Below are positions 27,961 to 41,670 of a DNA stretch of 64,000 nt, piece by piece (the first letter of the stretch is position 1; every line of letters begins with the position of its first letter). This DNA comes from Octopus vulgaris (Eukaryota): positions 35,030,001 through 35,094,000 of the forward strand of contig OX597837.1 in NCBI GenBank assembly GCA_951406725.2, written 5' to 3'. A program made the translations under genes and the position numbers. Under the pieces are notes generated by a model that saw nothing but the letters and a program-made list of their open reading frames with translations, had not been told where the DNA came from and searched no databases.

Positions 27961-29144
27961 CACAGGCAATGGTGACAGGTGCAGGAAAGGTAGTGTGGTT
28001 AAGACATGTAGCTGCATGGGGGAAGGAGAGGGTTTATTGCGTTTTCTTGTCTTCCGATAGTTGTAAACCAGTGTCACCTTGACATAAGTGGTATTGTTGG
28101 TTTCCAGTCTTCCACTGAAGCATGTCAGCCAAGGGAAAACTATTACCTTGCTTGGAAACAGGTGAGGGTTGGCAACAGGTAAGGCATCCAGAAGGATGGC
28201 CCATGCAAGCAGGAAAAAATGGGCATTATGATTGATCATGATGATGATGATGATGTTATTTTTTTTTTAACTGGGCACAAAGCCTTCACTTTATAGAAGA
28301 AGAAATGGAAGGAGGTGGCATTCATGCCCTTACAGAATGAATTAGCAGCTTGAATGAGGTAAACTACATCAAGTAGTGACAATCCAATGAGGGTGCCTTT
28401 ACATGGGTGATGAACCTGATAAAAATAACACCGCAATGTCCCTCAAATCATGCTTGACAGAAAGACATCTTGGAAAATACAGTCATGAGTATATGCCATG
28501 TCTTGATAAAATTCAGGATGGTCACAATTGGAGTGCTGAATTGGAGCTAAACAACAACAACAACAACAACATAATATTTCAACAAGGGAGCCTTAATGCA
28601 GTCACTTAACCTGCAAGAAACAGCAGCCAAATCTTAAAATCATTCCCTACACCTAACAGAAGGAAGGACACATTGGATAATGTAGTCCTAGAAATGCTGG
28701 TGTGAACAAAATAATTGACAGGATAGTCGCAGCTGGAATGCATTTGATCTTAGGTGTGTTCAGTCAAGGCTAACCTGGAGCTAAGAAAACAACAACTGCA
28801 ACAACTAAAGCATCTAACTAAATTATTAAAATTCCATTGGTCTGCAGTTTGTGCCAACTCACTCTCGTTCTATTAATAACTAATAATAAGTAATGTGAAA
28901 GTATGATAATGAAAGACAGTGAGGCTGTGTGTAGTAAAGGAGAGTGAAGGAGAGGAGAGAGTCTGCGTGTGTAAATGGGAGAGCGATGAAGACATTATGG
29001 ATTAAAGTAAAGCACATGGGCATTGGGACAAAGAGAGAGAGAGAGAGAGCGAGAGAGAGGCAGAGTGATGGAAGAAACGAGAGAGGGTGGAAGTGATGAA
29101 ATTGTTATGTATCTGTGAATACAGATTCTGTGTATGTGTGTGTG

Positions 29145-29419
<275 letters not shown>

Positions 29420-29558
29420 TAAAAACAGAAAGACATTGTGTGAGTGTGTGTGTGGTGGGGTGAATGTCTGTCTGTGAGACGAACACACAGACAAACCTTA
29501 CACAAAGAGATAGACAGAGATCGACCGACAGACAGACAGGCAGACAGACAGACGGCTG

Positions 29559-29592
<34 letters not shown>

Positions 29593-30267
29593 TAGATCAA
29601 GGGGGAAAAAAGTAAAGAGACAAAGAGCCGAAAAAAAAAATTAAAAAAAAAAAAGGAAAAAAAGGAAAAACAGAATGAAAGAATGAGTAAAAGGGGGAGA
29701 GGGACAGGAAGAGGAAAAAAGAGGAGTGGATATAGGAGGAGGAAGGAGGAGGAGGAGGAGGAGGAGGAGAACGAAATTGTATTGTCAGGGTGCAATCATT
29801 GATTTTGTGCAGCATGATTTTATGGTTACATCATTACTTGAACAGATAACATTTGGGATGTGATGTAATGTGTATATGTGTGTGAGTGTATATATACATA
29901 TACATACATATATATATATATATATATATCCTGCTAATATAATGATTACATGTTTCAGCTCCACCATCTCTTCGCTTGTTTGTGCTAGTGTGTATAAATG
30001 ACATTTCATTTGTCTACATACATACATATCTTAAATACACACATACATCAATAATATACGCGCAACATCCACAGACGTGTATATGTATATAGACAGTTAC
30101 ATACACACACACACAGAGAAAAGTGCTTGCATACAAATAGATAAGTACATATATATATATACACACAAATGTGTATATGTATTCAAAGAAATATATATGC
30201 GTGTGTGTTTAAAGATATATACATACATACATGTATACATGCTTATACATATGTCCATGAATGCATG

Positions 30268-30314
<47 letters not shown>

Positions 30315-30365
30315 GGTGCCCCAGCATGGCCACAGCTCGTGAGCTGAAACTAGATAAAATAAAAT

Positions 30366-30417
<52 letters not shown>

Positions 30418-30559
30418 CATCTTTCTGCACAGGTGCATATGCAGTTGTCTATATTAACACATAGATATAAACATTATCATAGTAATGCATGCATAGCTAT
30501 ACATAATTGTAAATTTATGTATTTGTTGGCATGTAAGCATATTTGTGTGTATGTGGAAT

Positions 30560-31051
30560 TGTCTGTGATAATACCATGAATATATAAACAAACATTATCA
30601 TCCCAATGATAGCATATTTGGTAACATATCTTAAGGAACCAGTGAGCCCTGAGGAATCTAGTAATGGCTTGAGCAAAACAAATTATGGAATGCAAACAGT
30701 TGACAAAGAGGAATAAGTTAGTATGCTGTGACAAAGAAGACATGCTCGATAATTTGGACATGGGACTCTTCGTCAGGAAAATCAGAGGTTACTACAAATA
30801 ATATGTCTGTGATAATACCATGAATATATAAACAAGCATTATCATCCCAATGATAGCATATTTGGTAAAATATTTTAAGGAACCAGTGAGACCTGGGGAA
30901 TCTAGCAATGGCTTGAGCAGACAAATTATGGAATGCAAACAGTTGACAAAGAGGAATAAGTTAGTATGCTGTGACAAAGAAGACATGCTCGATAATTTGG
31001 ACACGGGACTCTTCGTCAGGGAAATCAGAGGTTACTACAAATAATATGTCT
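30560..31051. repeat. Direct tandem duplication of a 243-244 bp unique unit
   Basis: Copies at 30560-30803 and 30804-31046, highly similar, with tgtct at all junctions. Confidence 0.95.
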
Positions 31052-31667
31052 AATATATTGATGCAAAAATTTTAATTCTACCACCTCTTGCCACACCCAC
31101 TGCAATTTATTAAGTGCATATAGTATAACTGCACGTTTCCATCAAATATTTTATTTCTTCTTCTACAGAAATACCAAAAACACCAACAAAATAAACAAGA
31201 CAGGAAAAGAGAAAAAAATGCGTTTGTGGAAATCAGGATTAGGCAATTAAAATATAGATAATAGGTGCAGGCATGGCTTAAGTGATCAAGAAGTGTGCTT
31301 CCTGACCAGATTGTTTTGAGTTCACTCACACTGATAACATTTTGAGTAAGTATCTTCTTCTGTAGCCCAGGGCTGACAAAGTCTTGTGCCGATGGAACTG
31401 TGTGAAAGCCCATTGCATATAAATATATATCTGTATGTGTATCTTTGTGCCTGTTTTGTCCCCACCCCAACTGCCTGGCAACTGGTGTTGGTTTGTTTAG
31501 CAGTTTGGCAAAAGAGACAGAATAAGTACCAGACTTAAAAAATAACTACAGGGGTCAACTTTTTTGGACTAAAACTCTTCAAAGCAGTGCTCAGAATGAC
31601 CTCAGTCCAATGACAGAAACAAGACAATATATATATATATATATATATATAACCATCATTATATATA

Positions 31668-31704
<37 letters not shown>

Positions 31705-31807
31705 ACATCATCATATATATATATTTCTTTTCTTTCTTTTACTTATTTCAGTCATTTGACTGTGGCCATGCTGGAGCACCGCCTTTGTGTGTATGTGTGC
31801 GTTTGTG

Positions 31808-31876
<69 letters not shown>

Positions 31877-31883
31877 GTTTGTA

Positions 31884-32070
31884 TTATTAAAAAGCAGCAA
31901 AAATATCACAAAAACTGTTACTCAGAGTTTCACAATCCCATTCGTTGGACGGGAACGTGAAACTCTGAGTAACAGTTTTTGTGATATTTTTGCTGCTTTT
32001 TAATAAAGCATATTACTCTACCTCTGGTATTTGAGTACTATTTTTTCCCCCACCTTGTTTCACATTTATG
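31884..32070. mobile_element. Short Penelope-like remnant with a perfect 50-bp inverted repeat
   Basis: Arms 31884-31933 and 31957-32006 are exact complements; contains hammerhead-like acgggaacgt-GAAA-ctctgag-TA. Confidence 0.6.
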
Positions 32071-33057
32071 TAATTATTCTTGTATATATGTATATGGGGT
32101 GGGATGTATCTGGTAAGTTGCCTTTTTTTCTTTTGGAGGGAAGTTCCTATGGCTTTTTAAGCATGCATCATTGAACAAGTGATATTTTACATTATAGCTC
32201 CAGGTCAGTCAATGTCTTGTGCATGTATATAGTGGTGTAAACTGTAAGAAGCCTCTTGTATATATGTAAATATATACATATGTGTGTATGCATATGTGTA
32301 TGAATCTATGTGAATGTTGATACTGCACAGCTTTACTGATCACATGATGAGGAAAACACTGATAATGTTTACATTCCTTGTAGGTGTTATAACTAGGCAC
32401 TAGGCACTTGATAGAGGTCTATAAAATATGTATAAATATGTGTATATACATGTAGCTAAATATGTGTGCTTATGTGCATGGCTATATGTACAAGGCATGT
32501 CCTGGTCATGATTTCAAAATGCATCCAGAGGTGGCGTCAGGGTTTTGATTGTGGAGTGAGGAACCACTTCTTAGTCACTACTGTTCTCCAGTCTACTCTG
32601 TAGACCTTGGGGTAGCCACACCTGTCAGCCTCCTAGCTACAAGTTAAGTAGCATGTAATCACCAGAGCCCAGGTACGTTGAAATCATGAGATGCAGCATG
32701 GTGAATGTAAAGTATTTCAACGAATTAATTTATTGAGTCAATGGTGAATTCACTCGCGGCTGAATGAATGGACAGACAACAAACTGTTAACAGCCGTGAC
32801 CATCCAGTTCAGTCAGCAAACAATTGCTACCATTTGTAGTTGTGGTGTACAGAGATTAGATATTTTATCAAGGGAAAGAGCAACTGTCTCAAACTCAAGC
32901 CAGATGTTCATTCCACATCATTCAATCGGGACAGCTGGCATGGAAGAGTTGCACTGGTCCAGGCAAGTCGAGTGACGAGATGATGACAGTAGGCACAAGC
33001 ACAGCTGTATAGTTAGGAAGTTTGTTTCCCAATCATGTGGTTTATATATAATATATA

Positions 33058-33450
33058 ATATAATGAAATTATTGTATACAGTGCTCAGGTGCACCACAAC
33101 TTGTCAGAAAGTGCATATAAAGTACATGCAGTAATGTAGAAATGTCTGGAAAGCGAACAATGTATGAGTCAGATACATGTTTGTGTGTGTATGGAGGGGA
33201 GAAAATCAAGTGTAGTATTGGCGAATCTCAGGAAGCATGGAAGTTTTGAAGGATGCAGTGCTCCGACAACTAACAACTAATGCCAGCAGTTTGTCCCATG
33301 CTTCAGCAACTCTCAGCGTGAAAAAATGTTTCCTGAAGTCATGGGAGCTGTGCTGTTTTCTTACTTTGTAAATATGTCCACGGGTGTTAGATGGGTGGAG
33401 TTTGAAAAGGTGCTCAGAGTTATTGTTTGTACGATGGTTGATAATTTTAT
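33058..33450 (-). mobile_element. CR1/L2-like LINE 3' fragment inserted into an old family A SINE
   Basis: Near-identical reverse complement of 61500-61891; SINE A head continues on both sides (32993-33042, 33451-33560). Confidence 0.9.
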
Positions 33451-33890
33451 TCAGTCCTGCTGTGAAGCACCTTGATCAAGTATTTGCCACTATAGTCCTT
33501 GTGCAACCAAAGCCTTGTGAGTGGATTTGACAGACAGACATTAAAAGAAGCTCATCACATATGCATGAGGGATGTAACTCCTCATCACTCAATATCATGA
33601 TTGTTCTAAAAGAGTGTCACTATCATATAAAGGATATTGTTTATTCAAGTCTTCTACGAAAAACATGTCTGGCCGTAGGGAAATGCTACTTTGCTTGGTA
33701 AGAGGTGAGGGCTAACAGCAGGAAGGACACATCTGGGAGGAGAACAACTGCTAACATGAATTCTGTCTGACCTATGCAAGCATGGAAACATGGACATTAA
33801 AACGATAATGTAGATGGTTTAGTATGAGTTGTGTATCTATTTACATGTATGTGCATTCATGTATGTTAATGTTTACATTCTGCTCTGCAG

Positions 33891-33950
33891 AAATTGACTG
33901 AGCTACGGATGGTGAAGTTTGTGGTTATTTCCCAATTAACAAATTGTCTG
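33891..33950 (+). other. Candidate 60-nt exon
   Basis: ttacattctgctctgcAG acceptor, GTAAGC donor, open in one frame (KLTELRMVKFVVISQLTNCL). Confidence 0.25.
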
Positions 33951-34081
33951 GTAAGCTCAACGCTTTGTAAGACAAACAGAATGACGTCTCTTTACATGAA
34001 ATAAGAGATAAATATTACTGACGGGAGGTCATCCAGCTGTAAAACAATGTTTCAATATGTCTGCTTGTTTACACAAATGCA

Positions 34082-34147
<66 letters not shown>

Positions 34148-34454
34148 TATACTCTCTTACTCTTTTATTTGTTTCAGTCATTTGGTTGCGACCATGCTGG
34201 AGCACCGCCTTTAGTCGAGCAAATCGATCCCGGGACTTATTCTTTGTAAGCCTAGTACTTATTCTATCGGTCTCTTTTGCCGAACCCCTAAGTTACAGTT
34301 GCTGGCTTGAGGAAGGACATTCAGCTGTAGAAATTATGCCAAAGCCAACAATGGAGCTTGAGGAATACCGTCAAACCATCCAACACATGCCAGCATGGAA
34401 GACAGACATCCGTCATTGTTTGAATTACATAATAGTGGTTTTTCTTTTATGGGA

Positions 34455-34838
34455 TGGAAGCACTCCGTCGGTTACGACGATGAGGGTTCCGGTTGATCCG
34501 AATCAATGGAATAGCCTGCTCGTGAAATTAACGTGTAAGTGGCTGAGCATTCCACAGACACGTGCACCCTTAACGTAGTTCTCGGGGATATTCAGCGTGA
34601 CACAGAGAGTGACAAGGCCGGACCCTTGAAATACAGGTACAACAGAAACAGGAAGTAAGAGTGAGAGAAAGTTGTGGTGAAAGAGTACAGCAGGGATCAC
34701 CACCATCCCCTGCCGGAGCCTCGTGGAGCTTTTAGGTGTTTTCGCTCAATAAACACTCACAACGCCCGGTCTGGGAATCGAAACCACGATCCTATGACCG
34801 CGAGTCCGCTGCCCTATCCACTGGGCCATTGCGCCTCC
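34455..34838 (-). mobile_element. SINE family C, full length
   Basis: Minus-strand tRNA head (ggcgcaatggcccagtgg...ggtttcgattccc); near-identical to 57079-57449. Confidence 0.9.
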
Positions 34839-34842
34839 ACTT

Positions 34843-34928
<86 letters not shown>

Positions 34929-35271
34929 TGTGAAATTTGATTTAATACTAAATTGAATTTTTCCCTGTAAGTTTAGAGTTATACTCTCTGATATTATTAT
35001 TATTATATATTACATACTAAGTTCAAATTCCACCAAGGTTGACGTTGCCTTCTATATTTTGGGGTTGATAAAATTACCAACTGCGCCCTGGGGTGATGTA
35101 AGTATGCATATATACAGATGAGTGGACAAACAAAAGAAAGTGACAAGTGACACATTTGTTAAGAGTTATGTATATTATTTAATAACAGTATGACTCCATA
35201 CAAGTTTCATAGGAAAGTCAAATAAACCCTATCTCACTAGAATTTATATGTATGCATCATCTCTCTATCTC

Positions 35272-35321
<50 letters not shown>

Positions 35322-35322
<1 letters not shown>

Positions 35323-35740
35323 CTTTTATCTTTTACTTGTTTCAGTCATTTGACTGTAGCCATGCTGGGACACCACCTTGAAGGGTTTTAGTTGAACAAA
35401 TCAACTCCAGGATGCTTTTTTAAAGCCTGGTACTTATTCTATCAGTCTCTTTTGCCAAACCACGAGGTTACAGGGACGTAAACACACCAACACCAGTTGT
35501 GAAGCAGTGGTGGGGAACAAACACAAACACACATATATATATACATACATACAAACATATATATATATATATATATATGATGGGTTTCTTTCAGTTTCCA
35601 TCTACCCAATCCACTCAACAAGGCTTAGGTTGGCCTGAAGCTATAGTAGATGACACTTGCCCAAAGTGCCATGCGATGGAACTGAACCTGGGAACCATGT
35701 GGTTGGAAAGCAAGCTTCTTACCACACAGCCATGCCTGCG
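35322..35740 (-). mobile_element. SINE family A, diverged
   Basis: Colinear with other family A copies. Confidence 0.85.
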
Positions 35741-35795
35741 ACACACACATACACACACATATAAATAAATTTTTTGTTCATCTTGATGCTGACAT

Positions 35796-35900
35796 AAGTT
35801 CCTTGTCTCTCCTGATGAGAAGGCAGCATAATGCACCCCTTATTCCTTCGAAATTAGGAATATGCAGCCTTCGAAACATATGTCGAGAATAAAGGAATTT
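35796..35900 (+). ncRNA. Type I hammerhead ribozyme with canonical core
   Basis: CTGATGA 35812-35818; helix II gaaggc/gccttc; GAAA 35873-35876; palindromic helix III A-CATATG-T; GTC site ending 35884; helix I tctc/gaga plus aagttcctt/aaggaattt. Confidence 0.75.
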
Positions 35901-36451
35901 TGTTAAATCGTCGTTCAACTCCATTCTTTCATTTATATATATATATACATATAGACATATACAAATGCATACGCATGTACATACATAACAAAAAAATTAC
36001 TATATATATATATATATATTTTTTTCCCTTGCCAGCATAAGCTAGATGATATATGCTTTGTGTATATGCATGTATGTGTGTGTGTGTATGTATATTTCTA
36101 TCAAGTGAAACGATCATTCCTTCCAAGCATATTGTTTAAAACAGGAAGTGAAGGCTCAAGAATGCAAGCAGGAACCGTTTTCCCCAGGAATGTTAGCAAT
36201 GTATAGTATCCATGGTGTCGATGGGGAAGCTATGTACAATTTTAATTCATGTGTATATTTGAATTAAAACTGAATTTGATGTTTTCTTTCAATGTTAAAA
36301 GGTAAAAATAAATATCATAAATATCCATACATAGACATATCCATATATACACAAATATATATATATACATACATACATATAAGCACACAAACATATATGT
36401 ACATTCACATACACATCTACACATATTCACACACACACACACACACACACA

Positions 36452-36509
<58 letters not shown>

Positions 36510-36718
36510 CCAACAGAAACATATATGTATATATGTGCAGATATATGCATACAAGCATATATCTGCCTATATACACACATACAAAGAAGACATTAACATG
36601 GATTTATTGGTGTCTAAGAAAATTATCTAACACATATTTATAAACATATATACATACATATATAAATATACATATATAAACGTATGTGTATATATGTATG
36701 TGTCTGTGTGTGTGTGTG

Positions 36719-36750
<32 letters not shown>

Positions 36751-37679
36751 CAAGCATGGTTGTATATAATATACCTACATCTAATATGCAAACACACACA
36801 TACACACACACATGGACTCGTGTATACAAAATGTTGACTAGACACACACACATACATACACAAATATGAAGCAATGTCCATAATGTATGTGTGCTGTATA
36901 GCAAGCATCAGTTATAAATAGAATGTTGTGTAACATTGGTAAAATGAATAATTTGGTCCAGAGTTGCACGGGACATACTGTCTTGCAGAATTTAATTATG
37001 TCCCTTTATGTTTCCAAGGTTCAAAACCTGCCAAGGTCAACTGTGTTTCTTATCCTTGCAGGGTCAATAAAATACAGTTCTAGTCAAATAGTGAAGTTAA
37101 TATAATCCTCTTCCCCCACCCCCACCCCCTGAGTTTCTGGCCTAGTGATTATGTCAGAAATAATTAAGAGGTGTGGAGAGGCTGAATCAAAAAAAAAAAA
37201 AAAACATGACTTGTAGCATTTGTTTTGATTCTGTTGGTGGCAAGTTCAAATTCTACTGGGGTCAACTTTGCCAAAATTTCGAGTCCTGTGCCTAAAATAG
37301 AAATCGTCATTATTATTATTATTATTATCATCACTAAGGCAGCAAACTGGCAGATGATTCGTAGCATTTTGACTGTCTTTACGTTCTGATTTCAAATTCC
37401 ATTGAGGTTGCCTTTCATCCTTTCAGGGTTGATAGCATAAGTACCAGTTGAGTACTGGGGTCAATGTAATTAACTTACTTCCTCCTCCAAAATTTCAGGC
37501 CTTGTGCCTATATCAGAAAGGATTATTATTATTATTGTAGTTTTACATACATATGCCTGCATATTTATCTCCAAGATAATCATACATTTTTATCTTGAAT
37601 TTCTTGTCTTCAAAATTTCTATTTATTTATCTATCTATATATATATATATTTTTTTTTATATATATATATATATATTTT

Positions 37680-37856
37680 TTTTCCTCTTTCTTCCCTTCT
37701 CTAGATCTATCCTTCTCCTATGTTTCCGACGAAGAGCTCCGCTTGAAACGTTAAACCCTCCTTCTTTCCTTCTTTCCTGAGCGTCCATTAATACTATATT
37801 TGTTCCACGTCCTCGCATTGTTGTGTTTTTTTTGTGCTTTCTTGTTTGGATTAACT
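37680..37856 (+). mobile_element. Short hammerhead-bearing element (relatives at 54093-54232 and 57480-57705)
   Basis: gttt-CCGACGA-a-gagc-tcc-gctt-GAAA-cg-TT-aaac followed by a shared ttcctgagcg...taatac tail; flanked by (TA)n. Confidence 0.6.
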
Positions 37857-39852
37857 ATATATATATATAAATATATATACACACACGCACACACAGCCAC
37901 ACATATAGGTGCAATGTGGCTGAATGGTTAAGAAGTTTGTAGCATGTTCAACAGACCCAGGGTTCAATCTCACTCCATAGCACCTTGGGCAAGTGTCATT
38001 TCCTATAGAACCCTGAGAGATGTATTGTATCAGAATTCCAAATGGCACAGTTTTGTCACATACTCTTTTAAAGCTGATTCTGCATGAGAATTTTATAAAG
38101 GGTACATGTGTCTATGGAATATTCAGCCACTTATTAATTCAATGGGAAGGTGATTCAGTAGATTAAGCAGATGAACCTTCATCGTTGGAAGCAACAACGA
38201 TCTATCTATCTATCTGTCCATTTATCCATCATGCTTCTGTCAATCTGTCTCTTTGTCACACTCTAACCTTTCATCCTCTGACACAAGTTCCCCTCCTCAA
38301 ATGCGCTGCCCCTCTCATAATTCTTTGTCTTGCGAGTTACTTGGTTACCCTGCTAGTGCTGCTGCCATGTAAAAAGCATCCAGTCCACACTGTAATGTAG
38401 TTGGCATTTGGAAGGGCATCCAGCTGTAAAAAATCATGCCAAAACAAACCTTGCTTGTGCTAGTGCCACGTAAAAAGCACTGAGTCCACACTGTGGAGTG
38501 GTTTGTGTTAGGAAGGGCATCCAGCTGTAAAATCCCTGCCAAAACAGACACAGTAGCCTAGGATAGTTTTTCTAACTGGCCAGCTCCTTTCAACCGTCCT
38601 TCTCCTGCATGCATGGAAGATGGACGTTAAACAAAGATGATGATGAGAAAGGCTAATAGATTAAAACTTCAAAGTTATTGTCATTTCATTTCTTACAAAA
38701 GTTTAATAACATGAACTTTAGAAGAAAGTATTGAGTAATTCAGTTTAACATTAAATTGTTTTTATATAACTTGACATAAAAAAAACTAAGTATATACATA
38801 CAATATACACACGCACATACACACATAAAGAGCTGTAAAATGATATTGAAGTGCTTGTGAAGTACTTTTGTAATATAAGTTTGATCCTTGTACCAATGGA
38901 ATCCAATATAACGTATGTAGATTTATCAACCCCTTGAATAGTCCCTTCGATCCCCAGGGGTTGATATCGACCCCTGGTTTACAGTTATGCTTTTTTTAAT
39001 TTAGCGGTTCAGCAAAAGAAACTAATAGAATAAGTCTCAAAAGGATAAGTACTGAAATGAATTTCTTTGACTCAACTCCAGCTGGAACGAGTAAAAGAAT
39101 AATAGAATAAATGACTAAAAGAATATGTATGTGAGCATATGTAAGAGGTGTGGTGTGTGTGTATAAAATGAACTTCTATCAGTAGATAGTTTATTAATTT
39201 AAATCATTTTACAAGCTAATGGTTTATTGGTTTCTTAAACCTAAATGAACTATCAATCAAAAATTTGATACCCAAACAAACTGACAGCCACAGATTAAGT
39301 AACAAACTTAAAAGCAATCTTATCAACTATGAATTGATAATAGCTAGCATTCAAGAATATTTGTGGCACAGAAAAGGGCTCTCAACATTGATGATGATGA
39401 TGGTGGTGGTCGTGGTGGTCGTGGAGGTGGTGATAGCAATGATAATGATCATCATCATGGTGGTGATGGTGGTGGTGATGATGATGATGGTGGTGATGGT
39501 GGTGGTGATGATGATGGTGATCATCATCATGGTGGTGATGATCATCATCATAGTATCTACTTTTCCATGCTTGCATGGGGCAGATGGAGTTTACTGAGGT
39601 AGATTTTATATGGCTGGATGCACTCCCTGTCACCAACCTTCACCTCTTTCCAAACAACGTAATGTTTCCCCATTGGCCAGGTACGATTTTTCATTCATTG
39701 GAAATGAATGACACTGCTTATATGAGAATAATGCTCGTACTATCATGTAATATTGACTCATTCAACAGTGTTTCACCAAACACAAGAAAATTATGTTTGC
39801 TAATGAGCTCAGAATAATATTGAAACATGTTCAGAAAAAAATATTAAATATT

Positions 39853-40530
39853 AGGCACAGGAGTGGCTGTGTGGTAAGTAGCTTGCTTACCAACCACATG
39901 GTTCTGGGTTCAGTCCCATTGTGTGACACCTTGGATAAGTGTCTTCTACTATAACCTTGGGCCAACCAAAGCCTTGTGAGTGGATTTGGTCGGTGGAAAC
40001 TGAAAGAAGCCTGTTGTATGTGTATATATATATATATATATATTTCTTTACTACCCACAAGGGGCTAAACACAGAGGAGACAAACAAGGACAGACAAAGG
40101 GATTAAGTCGATTACATCGACCCCAGTGTGTAACTGATACTTAATTTATCGACCCCGGAAGGATGAAAGGCAAAGTCGACCTTGACGGAATTTGAACTCG
40201 GAACGTAACGGCAGACGAAATACGGCAACGCATTTCGCCCGGCGTGCTAACGTTTCTGCCAGCTCGCCGCCTTCTATATATATATATATGTGTGTGTATG
40301 TATGTATGTATGTATGTATGTATGTATATGTGTCTGTGTTTGTTACCCCAACATCACTTGACAACCGATGCTGGTGTGATTATGTCCCCATAACTTAGCG
40401 GTTCGGCAAAAGAGACCGACGGAATAAGTACTAGGCTTACAAAGAATAAGTCCTGGGGGGTCGATCTGCTCGACTAAATGCGATGCTCCAGCATGGCTGC
40501 AGTCAAGAGACTGAAACAAATAAAAGAATA
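39853..40530 (+). mobile_element. SINE family A with an antisense SINE family B (40042-40272) inserted in its internal (TA)n tract
   Basis: A head 39853-40020, complete minus-strand B, A tail 40320-40530. Confidence 0.9.
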
Positions 40531-41330
40531 AACGAATTCGTTATTGACTAATTATTTTTCTACTTTTTATCTTCACTGCATGGTTTTAAGCACTCCATAT
40601 TTATCAGATACTGTAATACACACTTCCTGTTCTCATATATGTTGGCACAGGCATTCCAATTGCTTTCCACTGCAGATAGCATCTCTGAATTATTTAATCT
40701 CTAAACAGTTCCACTTTCTCGAGTCAATAAATACACAGACTTGTGTATTTACATAACGTCTCTTTGATCATTCATCATCGTGGCTTAAAGTCCATTGTTC
40801 CATGCTTGCGTGGATCAGGCGGAATTTGTTGAGGCATATTTTCTATGGCCAAATGCTCCTCCCATTGCCAGAAGTCACCTGTTTCCAAGCGAGTTAGTAT
40901 TTCCTCATGGTCAGACATGTTTTTCAAGGAAGAAACAAACATCGTTTGAATAACAGCAATGCTCATTTACAACCACCACACAATTTCAGGATGAGAACAC
41001 AGTTTATGATTACCAAATACACTCACAAGGCATCGGTCAGCCTGGGGCTATAGTAGATGACACTTGCTCAAGGAGCCACACAGTGGGACTGATCCCAAAA
41101 CCTTGTGGTTGAAGAGTTCCTGAACCACACATCCATACCTATATCTATCATTTCTTCAATAAACTTGGTAATGGTCATGTCTTGCTAATCAGTCCAAAAT
41201 AAAATAGAGGGTAGGAGAGAGAGAGAGAGGGGGGTATCTCTTGAAGCTGCAGAAAAATGAAAATAATACTACCTATTGTTTAACTTGGATTCTTCCACAT
41301 ATACATATTTTTTAATTAACCATTACTTAC

Positions 41331-41670
41331 ACATGGCTCAGTGGTTAGAGCGTCGAGCTTACAATCGTGAGGTAGCGAGTTCAATAACTGGACCGGGCTG
41401 TGTGTGTGTTGTGTTCTTGAGCAAGACACTTTATTTCACGTTGCTCCAGTCCACTGATCTGTAGAAATGAGTTGCAGCGTCACTGATGCCAAACTGTATC
41501 GGCCCCTTTTCCTTTCCCTTGGACAACATCGGTGCTAAGGAGAGGGGAGCCTGGTATGAATGGGTGACTACTGGTCTTGTATAAAACCATGCCTACCTTT
41601 GTGCCTCGGAGGGGAACTTTCTAGGTGTAAATCCCATGGTCATTTATGACTGGGGGTAGGGGTCTTTATC
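41331..41670 (+). mobile_element. SINE family D
   Basis: Reverse complement of 10999-11335. Confidence 0.85.

Noticed and set aside
34760-34838. tRNA-like sequences here and at other SINE heads
   Set aside because: They continue into shared SINE bodies and lack a complete cloverleaf; not tRNA genes
35194-35243. Minus-strand CTAGTGA-g-atagg...cctat-GAAA motif
   Set aside because: Core is non-canonical and helices I and III are poor; at most a decayed relic
39363-39636. Poly-His/Asp/Gly ORFs
   Set aside because: (GAT/GGT)n tail of an RTE-derived repeat
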